Assembly: GCA_010093995.1 (NCBI GenBank)
Contig: ML992502.1
Coordinates: 570,738-632,816, forward strand
Source: Elsinoe ampelina
Lineage: Eukaryota
DNA: 62,079 nt
Direction: 5' to 3'
Translations under genes and position numbers: made by a program
Shown: positions 23,137 to 36,081 of the stretch, in pieces
Numbering within the stretch: the first letter of the stretch is position 1
Layout of the letters: each line of letters opens with the position of its first letter
The notes under the pieces: generated by a model
Told to the model about the DNA's origin: nothing
The model's database searches: none
What the model saw: the letters and a program-made list of their open reading frames with translations, nothing else

Positions 23137-25341
23137 CTACACCTCCTGCACCGTCTCCACCACCGTGGGCCTCCTCTCAATGATCCTCGCCGTCTCCTCC
23201 GCATTCCCCCCCTCCCTCCCCTTCCCTCCCAAAAACGCCGTCTTCTTGAGGTAATACAACGCATGATCCCTCGTCCTAATATTAAACACAGCGTCCAATT
23301 CCTCCAACGGCCTCTCCTTGGTCTCAGGCAGACAAAACCACGTAAACACAAACCCAAACATATTCCACGCGGCATACCAACTAAACGCGCCCTGCGGCGT
23401 GAACGCAGCCACCAGACTCGGCCACGTCAGCGCGAGGACGAAGTTCCACCCCCACGTGACGGACGTCGCGAAGGACATGCCCGTGTCGCGCACGGCCAGG
23501 GGGAAGGATTCGGCACTGTACGTGAAGGGCACGGGGCCCATGCCGGGCGAGTAGCCGACCATGAAGAGGTAGATGCCTGTCGCGATGCAGCCGATGCGGG
23601 CGGTGCGGTTTTCCTCCGGGATCCAGAAGGAGAAGCCGGTGAAGAAGAGCATGAGGGCCATGTAGGGGAAGGTGGTGAGGAGGAGCCAGCGGCGGCCTTT
23701 GGTGTCGATTGTGATCATGCCGGGGACGGCGAAGAGCCTGGTTAGGGAGAGTCAGTAGGGGGGTGGGAGAGGGAGGAGGGGGAGAGGGGAGACGGACCAG
23801 TTGATGATGCCTGTGCCGAGGGAGGCGAGGAGGGCTTGTTGCTCGCCGAAGCCGCCTTGGACGAAGATTTCGGATCTGGGAGGGTCAGTGGGTGGGGGTG
23901 GAGAGGGAGGGGGAGGGGGAGACTCACGAGTAGTATGCGATGACGTTGACGCCGCAGAATTGCTGCATGAACATGACGAAGAAGGCGGATTGTGCGGCGC
24001 GGCGGTTCCGGGGGACGGCAAAGAGTTTAGTGGCGCGTCCCCATGCGGTCTTGGGCTTGATTTCTTTCTCCATCATTAGTCGGATGTGGATGTCGTAGAG
24101 ATCGCGGGCGGCCATGAGGCGAGTCTTGCGGAGAAGGGTGAGGGAGTGGTAAGCCTGTCGATAACGGCCTTTGGACATGCTAGAACAATCTGTCAGCATT
24201 ACGCTTGCGAGCAGGCACGGGGCATCGCTTACAGCCAACGTGGCGACTCTGGAGCAAAATAGGTCATGGCGCAGACGAAAATTGGTGGGATGGCTGTCGA
24301 TGCCAACATGAGACGCCAATTGAGACCTGGAAGACTGGGATTGCTGACGCCGTAGAATGCGACTGAAGCTAGAAAACCGATCATGATCCCAAAGGCGGTC
24401 CACATTTGCCATTGTGTACCCAATGCACCACGGATCTTGGGAGGAGCGCACTCTGCAGCGTATGCTGGAGTAGTAGAGCTCTTTGCGCCGATGGCAAGAC
24501 CCTGTTTACAGTCAGTACTGCTCAACGAGCTCGAACTTGGTACGTACCATGAAGAATCGAGAGCCGAAGAGCTGCCATTTGTCAAAAGTGACACCTTGCC
24601 AGATACCAGCGACGATGGCGAGGAAGCAGGAGATGAAGATGGTCCCGCGGCGACCAGTCCACTTGTTGAGGAAGGGAGATGTCCAGCATCCAATGACTAC
24701 GCAGCAAAGATATGGTGCTCCATTGACGAGACCACGTTCCCAGGTGTTGGTGATCTAGTGAGAGGTCAGCTTCTACCTATGTGAGGAGAGTCTGGTCTAG
24801 GGACTTACGTCAAAGTCGTCATTGTAGAAGAGCTGGGCACCGTTGACTGCCGTCTGGTCCATACCCTGGACAATGGCTGCGGAACCGCAAAGAACTATTC
24901 ATGTTAATTACCCCGTGGCGGAAGAAGAGCATTTTACTCACGAGCGACATAGTACAATGTCTTGGTTTGCCTCCACTTGTCTTTGAAATCTGTGCTCCTC
25001 TCACACTCAATCCAGTAACGCTCGTCGTCAGTCGGGTTGAGCTTGTCAAAGTTATCGCCGTCGTATGCCAGGCGGACACCTCGCAGCAGCTCATCTCTGA
25101 TGTCGTCGAGCTCGTGCTGATCGCATAGAGCGCTCATCTCGTTCAAGCATCTCTGTTCCGTCTTGCCAAGGTACGGGTTGCGTTGACGCTCGAGCAAAGT
25201 GTAACTATGCTCGTCGTCTGAAGCTTTGGAAGCGGCATCGTGGTCCTGCGCCGCCTTTTCGAGCTTGGCCGCGTCGGCACCTTCACTGTCGCTGCCGTTG
25301 TGGTAGTTTGGGTCTTTGAAGTCGAGCTTAGGTTCAGCCAT
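23137..25341 (-). CDS. MFS sugar porter (myo-inositol/polyol transporter-like)
   Basis: YAAECAPPKIRGAL, QMWTAFGI, PESPRW, MQQFCGVNVIAYY, GPVPFTYSAE, PETK; about six introns. Confidence 0.9.
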
Positions 25342-27094
25342 GATGGGAGTCTACTGATAAGGAAAGTTTACGAAAGAAACAGACTTGCCTGCAGGCTGAA
25401 GCAGTTGTCACAAGGAAGAAAACGAGGGGCCCCAGCTTCTCATATTCACATGCAACAGCGGTTCCTCCTCTGACTTGTTTCGCAGCCAAGACGGAGTGGA
25501 ACAGCGTCATGGCGTCCTGTCACTGCGGTCGTGCGTGGGTGGAGTTGGAAATGATCACGTCGGGGTCTCCAGGTTTGCTGGGGATCGAGGGCCAGTGGAG
25601 CAGACAAACCTTGATCGTGCTTCGATCTGCGGCGCACCGATGGGTTGTGGGCAGAAGCGGTGGAAGGCTAGAGGAGGTTGTTGTCTTGGCCGCGGGCATC
25701 AGAGCTTCCTTTATCCTTGGCCGCTTGGTATCAGCCATTGACGCAGGCGGCAGGCGGTTCTGCTTACCGCAGGGTGTGGAGATCCCTGCCCGCCGAGCCC
25801 TGTGGTGGTGGGAGCCGCACCGGATTGATCGAGCATCGGTGAGGAATCAGACGGAGTGTATTGCTGTCTTGTAAGATTGTAAGCTGTATGCCGCATGAAG
25901 TGCCGCCCCACCACACATTTCGCATGTCAGCTCAGGCCATCCGCACCACCATTGCGATTATGAGCCTCTTTACCTTGTTGAACGGACAGCCATCAAACAG
26001 GACAAGCTCCGTAATCTGACAGCCGAACGACGAATGCAAAATGCTTGCAGCGGAAATGATGAAACGGAGTGGGGCAGATTTGACAAGATGGGTCGTGACA
26101 GGTGCAACAACCAACACAATCGACATCATCGAACAGATAAAAGCTTGCCATTGCCCTCGTAAGGTAGTCAAGAGCTTGGTATGCCTGGAGAACCCGGAGC
26201 AAGGAACAATCTCGCACCGGAGGATTTCTTCGCGGCGTGATTGAAGGGACGGGACAGTGGAAGAGATGATGTAAGCCGAGATGGACGACAATGCTTGTTT
26301 CAAGCAGGACAACAAAGTTTCTCACGCGTCCAAGCATGCATTGCTCGTGTGGTGGAGTGCCTAATTCAAATGAATGATTCTCTGAGGTAGGTCTAGCATA
26401 TCCACTTTGCCTCATATTCACGACGCGTCGTCAGAAAGATCCCGTCCGCCTCCAGTGCGCCTGCCGTCCGAGGCATCGCTGACTTATGTACAACCTCACC
26501 TCTTCCTCTCGAAACCTTGCGAGCGATCTGAGGCTGTGTACCTGCAATCTTCAGGGTCTGCTTCACCCAAACATCTTACCCATGCGCAGAACAAGGATCA
26601 TGCGTGACTGCTCTGCGCGCAAAGGACTTTCTCGAAGTCTCGCCACGCACAAGCTGTGGCACCGGGATCACTGCCAAATTCAAGATAAGCTTCTAGGGAA
26701 TGCCTTGAAAGCCGACTTCACCTGGATTCTTGAGGCGCTAGCGCGAGGGCAACAGTGATATTACAGTATTGTACGTTTTTCGCCCGATTGCTCCTCGCTT
26801 CGATCGCAACGACCATCTTGACAGCCGAGACTACCACGCTGTTGGCAGCTTCGACCGGCATGTCTTGACTTGCTGGCCGTTGTCAAAATCCTATCGCTCG
26901 AAGGGCTACCGAGAACCTGCTTCCTGGACTTCCTGGACTTCCTGGTAAGTTTGGGCCAGAAGCTGCTCGGCCGCCTGTCCAGCTCATGCTACCTTGCGAT
27001 AGGGTCGCCTACCAGTGCTCAGGCATGGCACCGCAACTGGTAGAGTAAGATCCTTGACCACCTTGGAAGTATCACGAGAATTCTCCTTCTCTTT

Positions 27095-28453
27095 TCACTC
27101 GTTCTTGAATCCCCTGCTCTCACCAATCTCGCAGACATCGAACACGCCAGTTTCGGGGATCCCCTTCTTCTTCAATGCTGCTTTTAACAACCTCGGTGGC
27201 TCCAGAACATCCTCCTCAGTCAACACCCATGTGCCCCAGTGCATTCCCAATGCTCGCTTACATCTCGTCTCCGCGAAGATGTTGACACTGTCGAATGGAT
27301 TTGCATGCATCGGGCTCATGATGAATCGCGGTATGTAAGCGCCAATCGGTATGAGCCCGACATCAAACGGACCAGCATGCTTTCCAATCTCCTCGAATGC
27401 CGGACAATGCGGAAAGTTGTACTTGTCTGCGTAATCATCCTCTCCGGCCGGCAGTTTCGGCACACTGCGATACCCCGTATCGGCGCCAAACCAGAGCTTC
27501 TTGCCCTCTGTAGCGATAGACCAGCTCGCCCACAACGTCCGCGCCCTGTCCAGCCCCGAGCGCGCCGACATGTGCTGACAAGGTAAACACTGAATCTCCA
27601 CCTGAATGTCCTTCCCCACATCTCTCCCCGCTTCCACCACCGACGAACTCCCACTCCCTCTCCCCTGCCCCTCCCCCTTCGCCTCCGCCAGCGTCAGCTT
27701 CACAGACTGCCACCAATCCAACTCCGTCGCCTTGCTCACCCCATAACTATCAAACCACTGCTTATTCCCCAACGGCACAAAGAAATGCGCATTCGGATGC
27801 AACTTTTGTATCTCCATGATAGTCGGATGCGACATGTGATCGTAGTGATTATGGCTAATCACCACCGCGTCGATGAACGGTATATCCTTGATCCGGCACG
27901 GCACAGGCGTGTACCTCTTCGGCCCCAACCACGATAACGGACTACATCGATCCGTGAACACAGGGTCGAACAGCACCCTCAGCCCGCCGGGGAACTCGAC
28001 GTAGTAGCATGCGTGCCCCAGCCAGGTCGTGCGGAGGTGCTCTGTCTTTCGCGAGGGGAGGAAGGAGGGGGTCCGCACGGGGACGGTGGGAGGGGTGGTG
28101 TCAGGGCTGTTGGCTTCGCCGCGGATTCTGCGCAGGAGCAGGGCCCAGAGGATCTGTGGGGCGGATTGCTCTTGCCATGAGGGCCAGGGGTTGATGAAGC
28201 CTTTGCCGGACTTGGAGTGGTGGGCGAGGGCGTGGGCGCTGTCCGGGACGGGGGTGGTGAAGGCGGGGGGGCCGGAGACGATGGCGTTGAAGAGTGGGGA
28301 GGTTATCGGAGCGGTGAGGTGAGAGGTTGTGGAGAGGTGTCTGGCGTGTAGTAGTTTGTGGTTGGTATTAGACCTGAGTCGTGCGGAGGGGAAGCGCTTC
28401 GGTTGACCTGGTTGGAGATGGAGGGGCTTTATAGCTCTGCTGACACAAGACAT
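27095..28453 (-). CDS. N-acyl-phosphatidylethanolamine phospholipase D-like metallo-beta-lactamase (Fmp30-like)
   Basis: TWLGHA, FDPVF, ISHNHYDH, ADTGY, PIGAY.PR, MHWGTW; Arg/Ser-rich N-terminus resembling a mitochondrial presequence. Confidence 0.9.
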   Translation of the reverse strand: MSCVSRAIKPLHLQPGQPKRFPSARLRSNTNHKLLHARHLSTTSHLTAPITSPLFNAIVSGPPAFTTPVPDSAHALAHHSKSGKGFINPWPSWQEQSAPQILWALLLRRIRGEANSPDTTPPTVPVRTPSFLPSRKTEHLRTTWLGHACYYVEFPGGLRVLFDPVFTDRCSPLSWLGPKRYTPVPCRIKDIPFIDAVVISHNHYDHMSHPTIMEIQKLHPNAHFFVPLGNKQWFDSYGVSKATELDWWQSVKLTLAEAKGEGQGRGSGSSSVVEAGRDVGKDIQVEIQCLPCQHMSARSGLDRARTLWASWSIATEGKKLWFGADTGYRSVPKLPAGEDDYADKYNFPHCPAFEEIGKHAGPFDVGLIPIGAYIPRFIMSPMHANPFDSVNIFAETRCKRALGMHWGTWVLTEEDVLEPPRLLKAALKKKGIPETGVFDVCEIGESRGFKNE

Positions 28454-28931
28454 GGATAGAAAACGCCCAGAACGCCAAAAGGATGCCTGCTGAGATTAAA
28501 GAGGGCCGTGGCCGGTCTGCGGCGGCGGAATGCAGAAGAGGAAACTAGATGGTGTGATTGTGTAACTTTCACGCATCCAATGCGCGTCATGAATCGCTCC
28601 AGAGAAATCTCAAGAGCAAATTCAGAGTTTACGTACGAAGCTGTCGAGCAACACCGGATTAGCACATGTTTATGTCCGGGGCATCAGGAGAGATCTAGAG
28701 GAACCTAATAGCGTATTGTGTACATGAAGAGGAGTGTTTATAGGTATTACACTAAGACATCAGTTGCTGTACATCGAATGCCCACAAACGCCTGTCGTAG
28801 GTTCCGCATCCACTGTAGCCTGTTCACAACCACCCGGCCGTGGGCACCTTCTCGTCTTGGTGGCAATCCCAAGTTATTACACAATGCCTTCTACCTCCAT
28901 GATGAATCCATACGCCCGATCGTGGCCCCTC

Positions 28932-29993
28932 TCACGCACCACCCGTCGCCTTCTGCCTCTCCAACTCCGCCCTCACACTTCCCCCGCTCGCCCTCCACCA
29001 CACATCCCCACCCCACCTCACCAACCTCTCACACGCCGCCGTCGGCCCGTCCACCGCCGGCCTGACATCCAAGAAGAACACCGGCATCCCATTCTCCTCC
29101 GGCGGCCCGCTGTAATAATCAATCACATACCGCACCTCACTCTCCTCCCCCTGCGGCGACACCCTCCTCACAAACCAATCATGCCTATCAAACGGGGGCT
29201 CACTCGCGAACCTCGCCGGCCACGCCCACCCCAACACCCCCATCATGCGCGCCTTGGGCGTCGGCTCATCCGGCCGTCCCATGAACCTGACCAGCGACGG
29301 CAATTTCTGCTCCCCCTGTATCCGTCCCTCAAGCCTGTCCCTCCGTGCCATGATATCCGCCATCACCGGCGCGTTCTCTTCTCCGTGTGAACATATCTCC
29401 CATCCCCTCTTCAACCCGCCGGAGAACCGCGACTCCCAGTCGAGAATCTCGGCCCAGGCCCCTTCGTTGAGGAAGTTGTGCACGGACACCATGGCTGGTA
29501 CGTCTTCCGCCGGTGTGTCGGTGTAGCCTTTGCGCAGCATGGCGTTGTACATTTGTTGCGGTGAGGGGTATTCCCATGTTGTGCCTGTGCCGTCGCCGCG
29601 GGGGATGGTCGAGGGTTCGCGGGAGAGGTCGAGGGAGACGGTTTGGGAGGTGGAGCGGGTGTTGTCGAGGGTGCGGGGCATGAGATTGAGGGGGTTGAGT
29701 TTGGAGAGGACGTTGGATTGGGACGCGGAGGGTGTGGTGGTTTCGGAGGGCTTGTAGGGGCAGGCGGAGTCGGGGGAAGGAGAACTGGAGGGGGAGTTGG
29801 CTGTGGATGTGGGTACTGGTGGTGCGGTCGCGGGAGTGCCGAGCTTCTTGTGCATAGGACATCCTGGCTGAGAAATGTCAGTGTCTTTTGTGGTCATATA
29901 ACAATGCAAGAGACTGACCGGAGGTGTTGCAGACGAATCCTTGGGGACAGGATGAGGAGCAATAGGCTCCGAGTCTGCCCAGAACCAACCCAT
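28932..29993 (-). CDS. CYC3: Cytochrome c heme lyase (holocytochrome c synthase)
   Basis: MGWFWAD start, CPM/CPY heme-regulatory motifs, WEYPSPQQMYNAMLRKG, HNFLNE, PFDRHDW, RYVIDYY; 51-nt in-frame intron 29918-29868. Confidence 0.9.
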   Translation of the reverse strand: MGWFWADSEPIAPHPVPKDSSATPPVSLLHCYMTTKDTDISQPGCPMHKKLGTPATAPPVPTSTANSPSSSPSPDSACPYKPSETTTPSASQSNVLSKLNPLNLMPRTLDNTRSTSQTVSLDLSREPSTIPRGDGTGTTWEYPSPQQMYNAMLRKGYTDTPAEDVPAMVSVHNFLNEGAWAEILDWESRFSGGLKRGWEICSHGEENAPVMADIMARRDRLEGRIQGEQKLPSLVRFMGRPDEPTPKARMMGVLGWAWPARFASEPPFDRHDWFVRRVSPQGEESEVRYVIDYYSGPPEENGMPVFFLDVRPAVDGPTAACERLVRWGGDVWWRASGGSVRAELERQKATGGA

Positions 29994-30297
29994 TAGGGAA
30001 GTCGTGGAATGAAGATGTGAGATACAGGTATGAGAAAAGATGGAAGCCTGGTAGTTGTTGAATGCGACTGGCGCAAAGAAGATGCAGATGTCCTCAAATA
30101 TTTGATTGGGACCCTAACTTTTGCAGCGTCATCTCAATGGTTCGCCGCCGGCGGCAGATGTCGGAAGACGGGGCTTTCAAGCCCGGAAATCTCCTTTCTT
30201 CAGCCCTACGGATCAGATCTAGAGTCAATTTTATACAAGCATTTCTACTGGATCAAGCAGTCTGCTGTGAAACCTGCTAATCGTCCTTCTCTTTTTT

Positions 30298-31758
30298 CTA
30301 TGCCTTTGCTAACGGCTTGAGACCCCGCAATTTGGCCGTCCGTCCAGCAAACATCAATAGTGATGCTACAATAAGCATCGTTCCCCCAAATGTCCAGACA
30401 TACGTGTAATCGCTTGCATCCAATATCCATCCGCTTACGGGCGTTCCTAGCAGCAAGCCGATGCTGATGAAGAAGAAACCCATACCCATGCGTGTTCCAA
30501 TCATGTGTCGCTTGTGTAACGAGAGTGATACAAATACAGTCGGTGGTAATGACACTAGTGCGCCACTGAAGAAGCCGTATAGAACACAGACGATGAAGAG
30601 CGGCGCGACATCCTTGACTACGATCAGGCACAGAGCAATGATCCCCGAGACGAAAGTCGCAGGTATGATGATGTTGAGCGGCCCAGTCTTGTCGGCGATA
30701 TAGTTTGGGATGATGCGTCCAAACGAACTCGCTCCATTGATGACAGCCAGCGAATAGAAAGCCAGATTCGGATCCAGGATGTTCTTCGCCAGCGCAAACG
30801 ACTCAATGTATACCATCCCAGCGTACAACCCCATGAAAGCCATAAACGCACCCGCAATGAACAGCATATACGGCGCCTCCTTCAACGACGGCAAATCCAA
30901 CACCTTCCTCTTCTCCGACGGCAACACCCTAACCTTCATGACCAAATTCGCCACCACCAGCGTCGCCAACGCAATAAACCCAATAATCCTCGTCGCCCAC
31001 GCAAACCCCACCATCGGAATCAAATGATACACAGCAATCGGATAAATCGTGCCACCACAAGAACTCCCAGCCGCACTAATCCCCGTCGCCAACGCCAGCC
31101 TCTTGGAGAAATACGTCGACAAAATCGCCACCGACGGCACAAACAAACACCCCGCCCCCAACCCCACACACAGCGCCTGCGCGAGAAACACCTGCCAGAA
31201 CTGCGTGCACAGCGACAGCATCATGTGCCCGGACACGACGCCGAAACTCCCCACCATGATCAGCGGCCTGAAATACCCCGCGTCGTAAATCGGTCCCATC
31301 AACGGCCCCACGAACCCGAGGAGGAACGACTGCACCGATCCGATCCAGGATATGGCCGCGGGCGAGTAGTCCGGGAGCAGCGTGTTCATGTAATACGTCT
31401 GATACACGCCGAAAGTATTGATGATGCCCCAGTGGTTCACGAAGAGGAGAAAGGAGCCGAGGACTTGGAGCCATGCTTGGAGCCCGCCGTCCGGGATGGC
31501 GGTGGCGTCGTTGACGGAGGTGGTGGGGGCGGAGGTTTTGAGGGAGATGCGGGACTTGGCGGAGCGGCGGGATTGGACTTTTTCGAGGTCCGAGGTGGTG
31601 GCGAGGGTTTTGGAGTGGTCGTTGGAAAGGGTGGGGGGTTCGTAGTGTTCTTCTGAGGAGGAAGAGTGGGAGGATTCGTCGGGGTTTAGGCCCATGTCCT
31701 TTTCGATGTCGTGAGATGTGGCATGGTCATTGTGGTATCGGCCATTGGCGCCCGTCAT
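30298..31758 (-). CDS. MFS monocarboxylate-transporter family (MCH-like) permease
   Basis: PDGGLQAWLQV, FGVYQTYY, ISWIGS, GPIYDAGY, YFSKRLALATGI, FGRIIP; 12-TM-like pattern. Confidence 0.9.
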   Translation of the reverse strand: MTGANGRYHNDHATSHDIEKDMGLNPDESSHSSSSEEHYEPPTLSNDHSKTLATTSDLEKVQSRRSAKSRISLKTSAPTTSVNDATAIPDGGLQAWLQVLGSFLLFVNHWGIINTFGVYQTYYMNTLLPDYSPAAISWIGSVQSFLLGFVGPLMGPIYDAGYFRPLIMVGSFGVVSGHMMLSLCTQFWQVFLAQALCVGLGAGCLFVPSVAILSTYFSKRLALATGISAAGSSCGGTIYPIAVYHLIPMVGFAWATRIIGFIALATLVVANLVMKVRVLPSEKRKVLDLPSLKEAPYMLFIAGAFMAFMGLYAGMVYIESFALAKNILDPNLAFYSLAVINGASSFGRIIPNYIADKTGPLNIIIPATFVSGIIALCLIVVKDVAPLFIVCVLYGFFSGALVSLPPTVFVSLSLHKRHMIGTRMGMGFFFISIGLLLGTPVSGWILDASDYTYVWTFGGTMLIVASLLMFAGRTAKLRGLKPLAKA

Positions 31759-32489
31759 GGTTGATGTGTTTCGGGAATAAGTATGCGGCCTACGTCAGGG
31801 GTGGGTAGGGCTGCGATGGTGTACTCGGACTATATATTCATGCCAAGGGGAATGATTGTTAAGCAGTCCATGTATACTGTTGTCTGACACACCTCATGTT
31901 GTGAGATGAGGAGAGAAAGAAGCTTGAAGGGCCTTGATGGAGAAATTGGGAGAATCTACAACATCATGGCGTTTCTCCTACCTTACGCAAATTTGGGGCC
32001 GTTCGGTCGGCAAATACGGTAGGCGATGACAAAAGTGCGGTTGCGCCATCAAAAGTCACCTCAGGGTCTGATTTTACATAAGGTATCCGTGTCATTTCCG
32101 GGATTGATTCTCAAAGCGTTTGGGGACCCCGGTCCATGGGATTGGGGATATCGAACTGCGTACTGCATGTGATGGAATCATTATACGTGACAAGCCAATA
32201 CTATCAAATGAATTGATTGTAAAAAGAATAAGCAATAAATTACAACATGTATTGAAGAGGACTAGATTGTCCTTCAAGCAAGCGAAAGACCATGCTCAGT
32301 ACTATGCTTATTAGACAGGAGCCAGAAACGCTTCACCATAACTTTTGCCCGTCTCGTGACCATGCACAAGTACAGCAGCTCTGGTCAGCCAACAACATGC
32401 ATGCCAATTTGACAATCTTCCCGGTTCCACAACCATAATCAGGCCCTTGGTATCAAGGTCATAGTGCCCAGTCCATGCTCGATGTCCCT

Positions 32490-34308
32490 CTAAGAACCAT
32501 TCACCCCATTCGTCCCATTGGTCATCTCGATATCCTCGTTCGCTGCTGCGGTCAGGATGCCGAACTGTCCACCGGTGTGAGCCCCCAGCAATTTCTTGCC
32601 CCTGACGGCGGTGTTGTCGATCAAAGTAGCCACTTCGGTATCGTCATCGCTCCCAAGGCCAGTTTGGTAGTTGGCGCTGAAGCCCCACGAGTAGGCTTGA
32701 CCATTCCTGGTGATGGCGATACAGTGATCGCTGGACGCTGAAGCCGTCGCTACAGGGTCCTTGATGGCCGTGACCTTTGCGGGCTTCTTGAGAATACGGA
32801 TTGCACCGCGGGCGTCCTTGACCACATCATCTTGGTTCAATTCGCTGGCAGCGATACCTGTCTGGAAGCCATCCACGCGGCCCCAGGTCAAGCAATCGCC
32901 CGACTTTGTGACTGCAATGGAGTGGTGCGCGCCACCCCGAACAGTGATGACACCCTTTCCAGACAGTTCCTCGACAACTTGGGGCTTCAAAATGACGGCG
33001 TCGTCCTCACCAGCATCGTCGCTGATACCAGTCTCACCATAGTTGTTCAGTCCCCAAGACCAAACGCGGTCCTTCTCATCGATGGCAAAAGAGTGGTACT
33101 GGCCGCATTCGACGTCTTTGACCATCTTCTTTGGCAGACCGAATTCTCGTGGAATCAGACCTTGAGTCTTGGTCCGCTCAACGACGCGACGTCCGAGTTG
33201 ATTCTGCTGACCTGATCCCCAAGCGAATACACGTTTGTCGGCGTCCAAAGCAAGGACATGGTTGGCACCACAAGCGATCTTGGTGACTCTCTTGATCGAG
33301 GTAAGTAGAATAGGATCCTTCTGTACAAGTACACCCTCGGCGAAACCAAAGATGCCTTCGTTGCTCTAGGACACCATTAGTGCTGGGGAGGGTGACCATC
33401 CGAGATTAGTGCTTACCCTGAATGTACCCCAGCCATACACATGACCATCGTCCGTGAGCGCAAACGTCGTAGAGTCGCCAGCAGCAACTTGCGTAAAGAC
33501 AGTGCCTTCGGGAAACTTGTCCGATGGAATAGCGTGAGGTGTGCTCTCCAGTGGATTGAGACCAGCATCACTGCCATCATCGCTGCTGTCATCGCTCTTG
33601 TTGTCATCAATATCCTTCAGCCCACCTTCCCATTCAGTGTCCCTGCCCAAAGCTCCTTGGTCGTTCACACCCCACGTCAGAATCTTGTTGTCGTGGGTCA
33701 AAGCCGCAACGTGCATTCCTCCAGTCGCGATTTGTACCACTCCGACGGTGCTTGCAGAGAGATTCGGGTTCAGTCGTGGTCGCTTGACATCGATGGCATT
33801 CTTGGCCGTGCCCAGACCGAGCTCTCCCGACGAGCCCTCTCCAAAGACGTACACATCGAGCTTCTGCGTAGGTGCTTTGTTGATGACAGGTCCTTTTGGC
33901 ACGACCTTTGCCTTTTTGGTTGGCGCTGGTGCTGGCTCTTCGGAGGCCTTGCGTTTTCGTGTGGCCTTGGGCTTCTTGTCTGCCTCGTCGTTCATGGTGT
34001 CTTCTACCTTCTTCGGGCGACCGGCTGGGACGTGTTAGCTCATACAGGGACCGTATTGATGTGACCGTACCCTTTGACTTTGGAGCAGCAGCCTTTGTGG
34101 CTCCGTTGGTCTTTGCGGCGGCGGTTTTCTTCGCAGCTGCAGGCGCTTGTTTTGCAGTGCCGTTGGTAGCAGCCTTTCGCGTGACTTTTGCCTTTGTGTT
34201 TGCTGCTGGTTTCTCCTCTTCCGTCTTGACAGCTGCTGCTTTCCTTGTAGTAGCAGGCTTCTTTGGTTCCGTCTCACCGACCTTCTTGATGTATTTGACA
34301 CCGGCCAT
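32490..34308 (-). CDS. RCC1: Ran guanine nucleotide exchange factor RCC1 (Srm1/Prp20/Pim1)
   Basis: RCC1 repeats GEGSSGELGLG, ATGGMH, TWGVNDQGALGR, WGSGQQNQLGRR; Lys-rich N-terminal tail; introns at about 34068-34025 and 33416-33366. Confidence 0.92.
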
Positions 34309-34938
34309 GATGACGGTCCCAGCTGAGGGGCTGGCTCGATGAAGACTCGACCAGATCGGGAGACTGAGGAATGCAAGTGATTGGAGTAGCGCGCAAGCAG
34401 CCCAGGAAGCCCACACGCGCCTCCTCAAATTATCTGTCGCAGTCGAAACGCGGTATGGCGTGTATAGAAGTGAAGTCGAGAAGAGATTGGACAGTTGAGG
34501 CACGTGGAACAAAACTTGACAGGAGCTTCTCAGCCTTGAGCTCTTGCCGAGCTTATTCCTCCGTCCCGTCTTGTGCATTTTCAGCGCGGCAACCGATGGG
34601 CATCTCTCTTCTCATTTAATTTTCACTCTTCAACTCTTTCTTTCGCGCCACCATCATCATTGGAAGACGATTGTCCAAATCAACACATCTCCTGCCTCAA
34701 ATCTGATATGTTCCGGACGCCCTTGAGCTCAAGCTCCTTCAGCCATCCATGTCATGGCGCCGCACCAAAAGCCGACATGTTCGGAACTATTTCCGCCGAA
34801 AGGTCAATAGATCGTGATGAGGGGAAGCAGATTTCCTGGCTCCAAAGCTGCCTTTCCAGCGCTCTCCAGTAGGTACACCAACATCATATATAGCTTCTCC
34901 TTCTCCGTCTCACCAATCCCTCCACACCACCTCCAACC

Positions 34939-35998
34939 ATGTCCCCCCCAACCCCCTTCACCTCCCTCCCCCTCGACCCCTCCGGCCCCAAACTCAACGC
35001 CTGGGGCCTCTACACCCCTACCGACGAACTCGGCACCCTCAACCGCCTCACACCACCCATCGTCCTCGCCGCAGCCCGCGAGATCCAATCCGGCCACCGC
35101 ATCGGTCTCGACTGGCCCCTGGACGCGCAAGCGGACCTGCCCTTCTTCGGCCGCAAAGCCTTCCACAAAGAAATCATCCACAAAGCACCTCGAGTCGTTA
35201 ACGACGACATCTGGACGTTCAACACGCAGTCGAGCAGCCAATGGGATGGACTGAGGCATTTCGCGGACCAGAAGTCGGGGAAGTTTTACAATGGCGTGAC
35301 GTTGGAGGATATTCACGGGGAGAGGAAGAGTAACGTCAATGGAATTGGGAAGTGGGCTGAGCAGGGCATTGTGGGGAGAGGGGTGTTGTTGGATTATCAT
35401 GCTTGGAGGTTGAGTAAGGGCGTGCAGGTGGCGAAGCATGATGCGTTCAAGACTGGGAGTATCTCCGTGGAAGAGCTGAAGCAAGTGGCGGAGAGGGAGG
35501 GGGTGGAGATCAAGTTTGGGGATGTGCTGTTCATAAGGTCCGGGTACATGGCGGCGTTTAATCAGATGGAGAGGAGTGAGTTGGAGGAGTTGAGGAAGCA
35601 GATGCCCCCGAGCTTTTTTGGGGTGGAGCAGAGTGAGGATGTGTTGAAATGGGTGTGGGAGAACTTTAGTGCTGTCGCGGGCGACCAGCCTAGTTTTGAA
35701 TGCTGGCGTGAGTAGAACAAGGGCATCTGGATGTTATCGGCTGACATGGGCGCAGCAACACAAAAGGACTGGAGCTGTCATGAAGTCTTCCTTGCTGGCT
35801 GGGGAATGCCAATTGGTGAGCTGTTTGATTTGGAGAAGTTATCGGAACACTGCGCAGCAGCAAAGCGGTACAGCTTCTTCCTCAGTAGTGAGCCATGTAA
35901 CGTGAGTATGTTTGTGTTTGTCGTGATTGCTCATACTAATCGTATCTCAGGTACCAGGCGGCGTCGCATCACCACCAAACGCTCTCGCTATATTCTAG
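34939..35998 (+). CDS. Putative cyclase-family (kynurenine formamidase-like) metal-dependent hydrolase
   Basis: DELGTLNRL, NTQSSSQWDGLRHF, GIVGRGVLLD, GDVLFIRSG, GMPIGELFDLE, PGGVASPPNA; introns at about 35708-35755 and 35902-35950. Confidence 0.85.
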
Positions 35999-36081
35999 GA
36001 ATCGTAGGAATCCAATATACAATCAATCGCCGTCGCTGGAATGCTGTCGTGGCAGTCAGAACTTCGCAGGCAAGTCGTCCC

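Noticed and set aside
25400..27090. Short ORFs and a (CTTCCTGGA)x3 repeat at about 26920-26946
   Set aside because: No supportable gene model; the repeat does not match the nGAAn heat-shock consensus and is probably slippage.
7844..29993. Functional cluster of mitochondrial genes (PAM16, SAM50, NAPE-PLD/Fmp30-like, CYC3)
   Set aside because: Interspersed with unrelated genes and no shared motif seen; compatible with chance.
23137..35998. Secondary-metabolite cluster (transporters, hydrolase, cyclase)
   Set aside because: No PKS, NRPS, terpene synthase or cluster transcription factor present.
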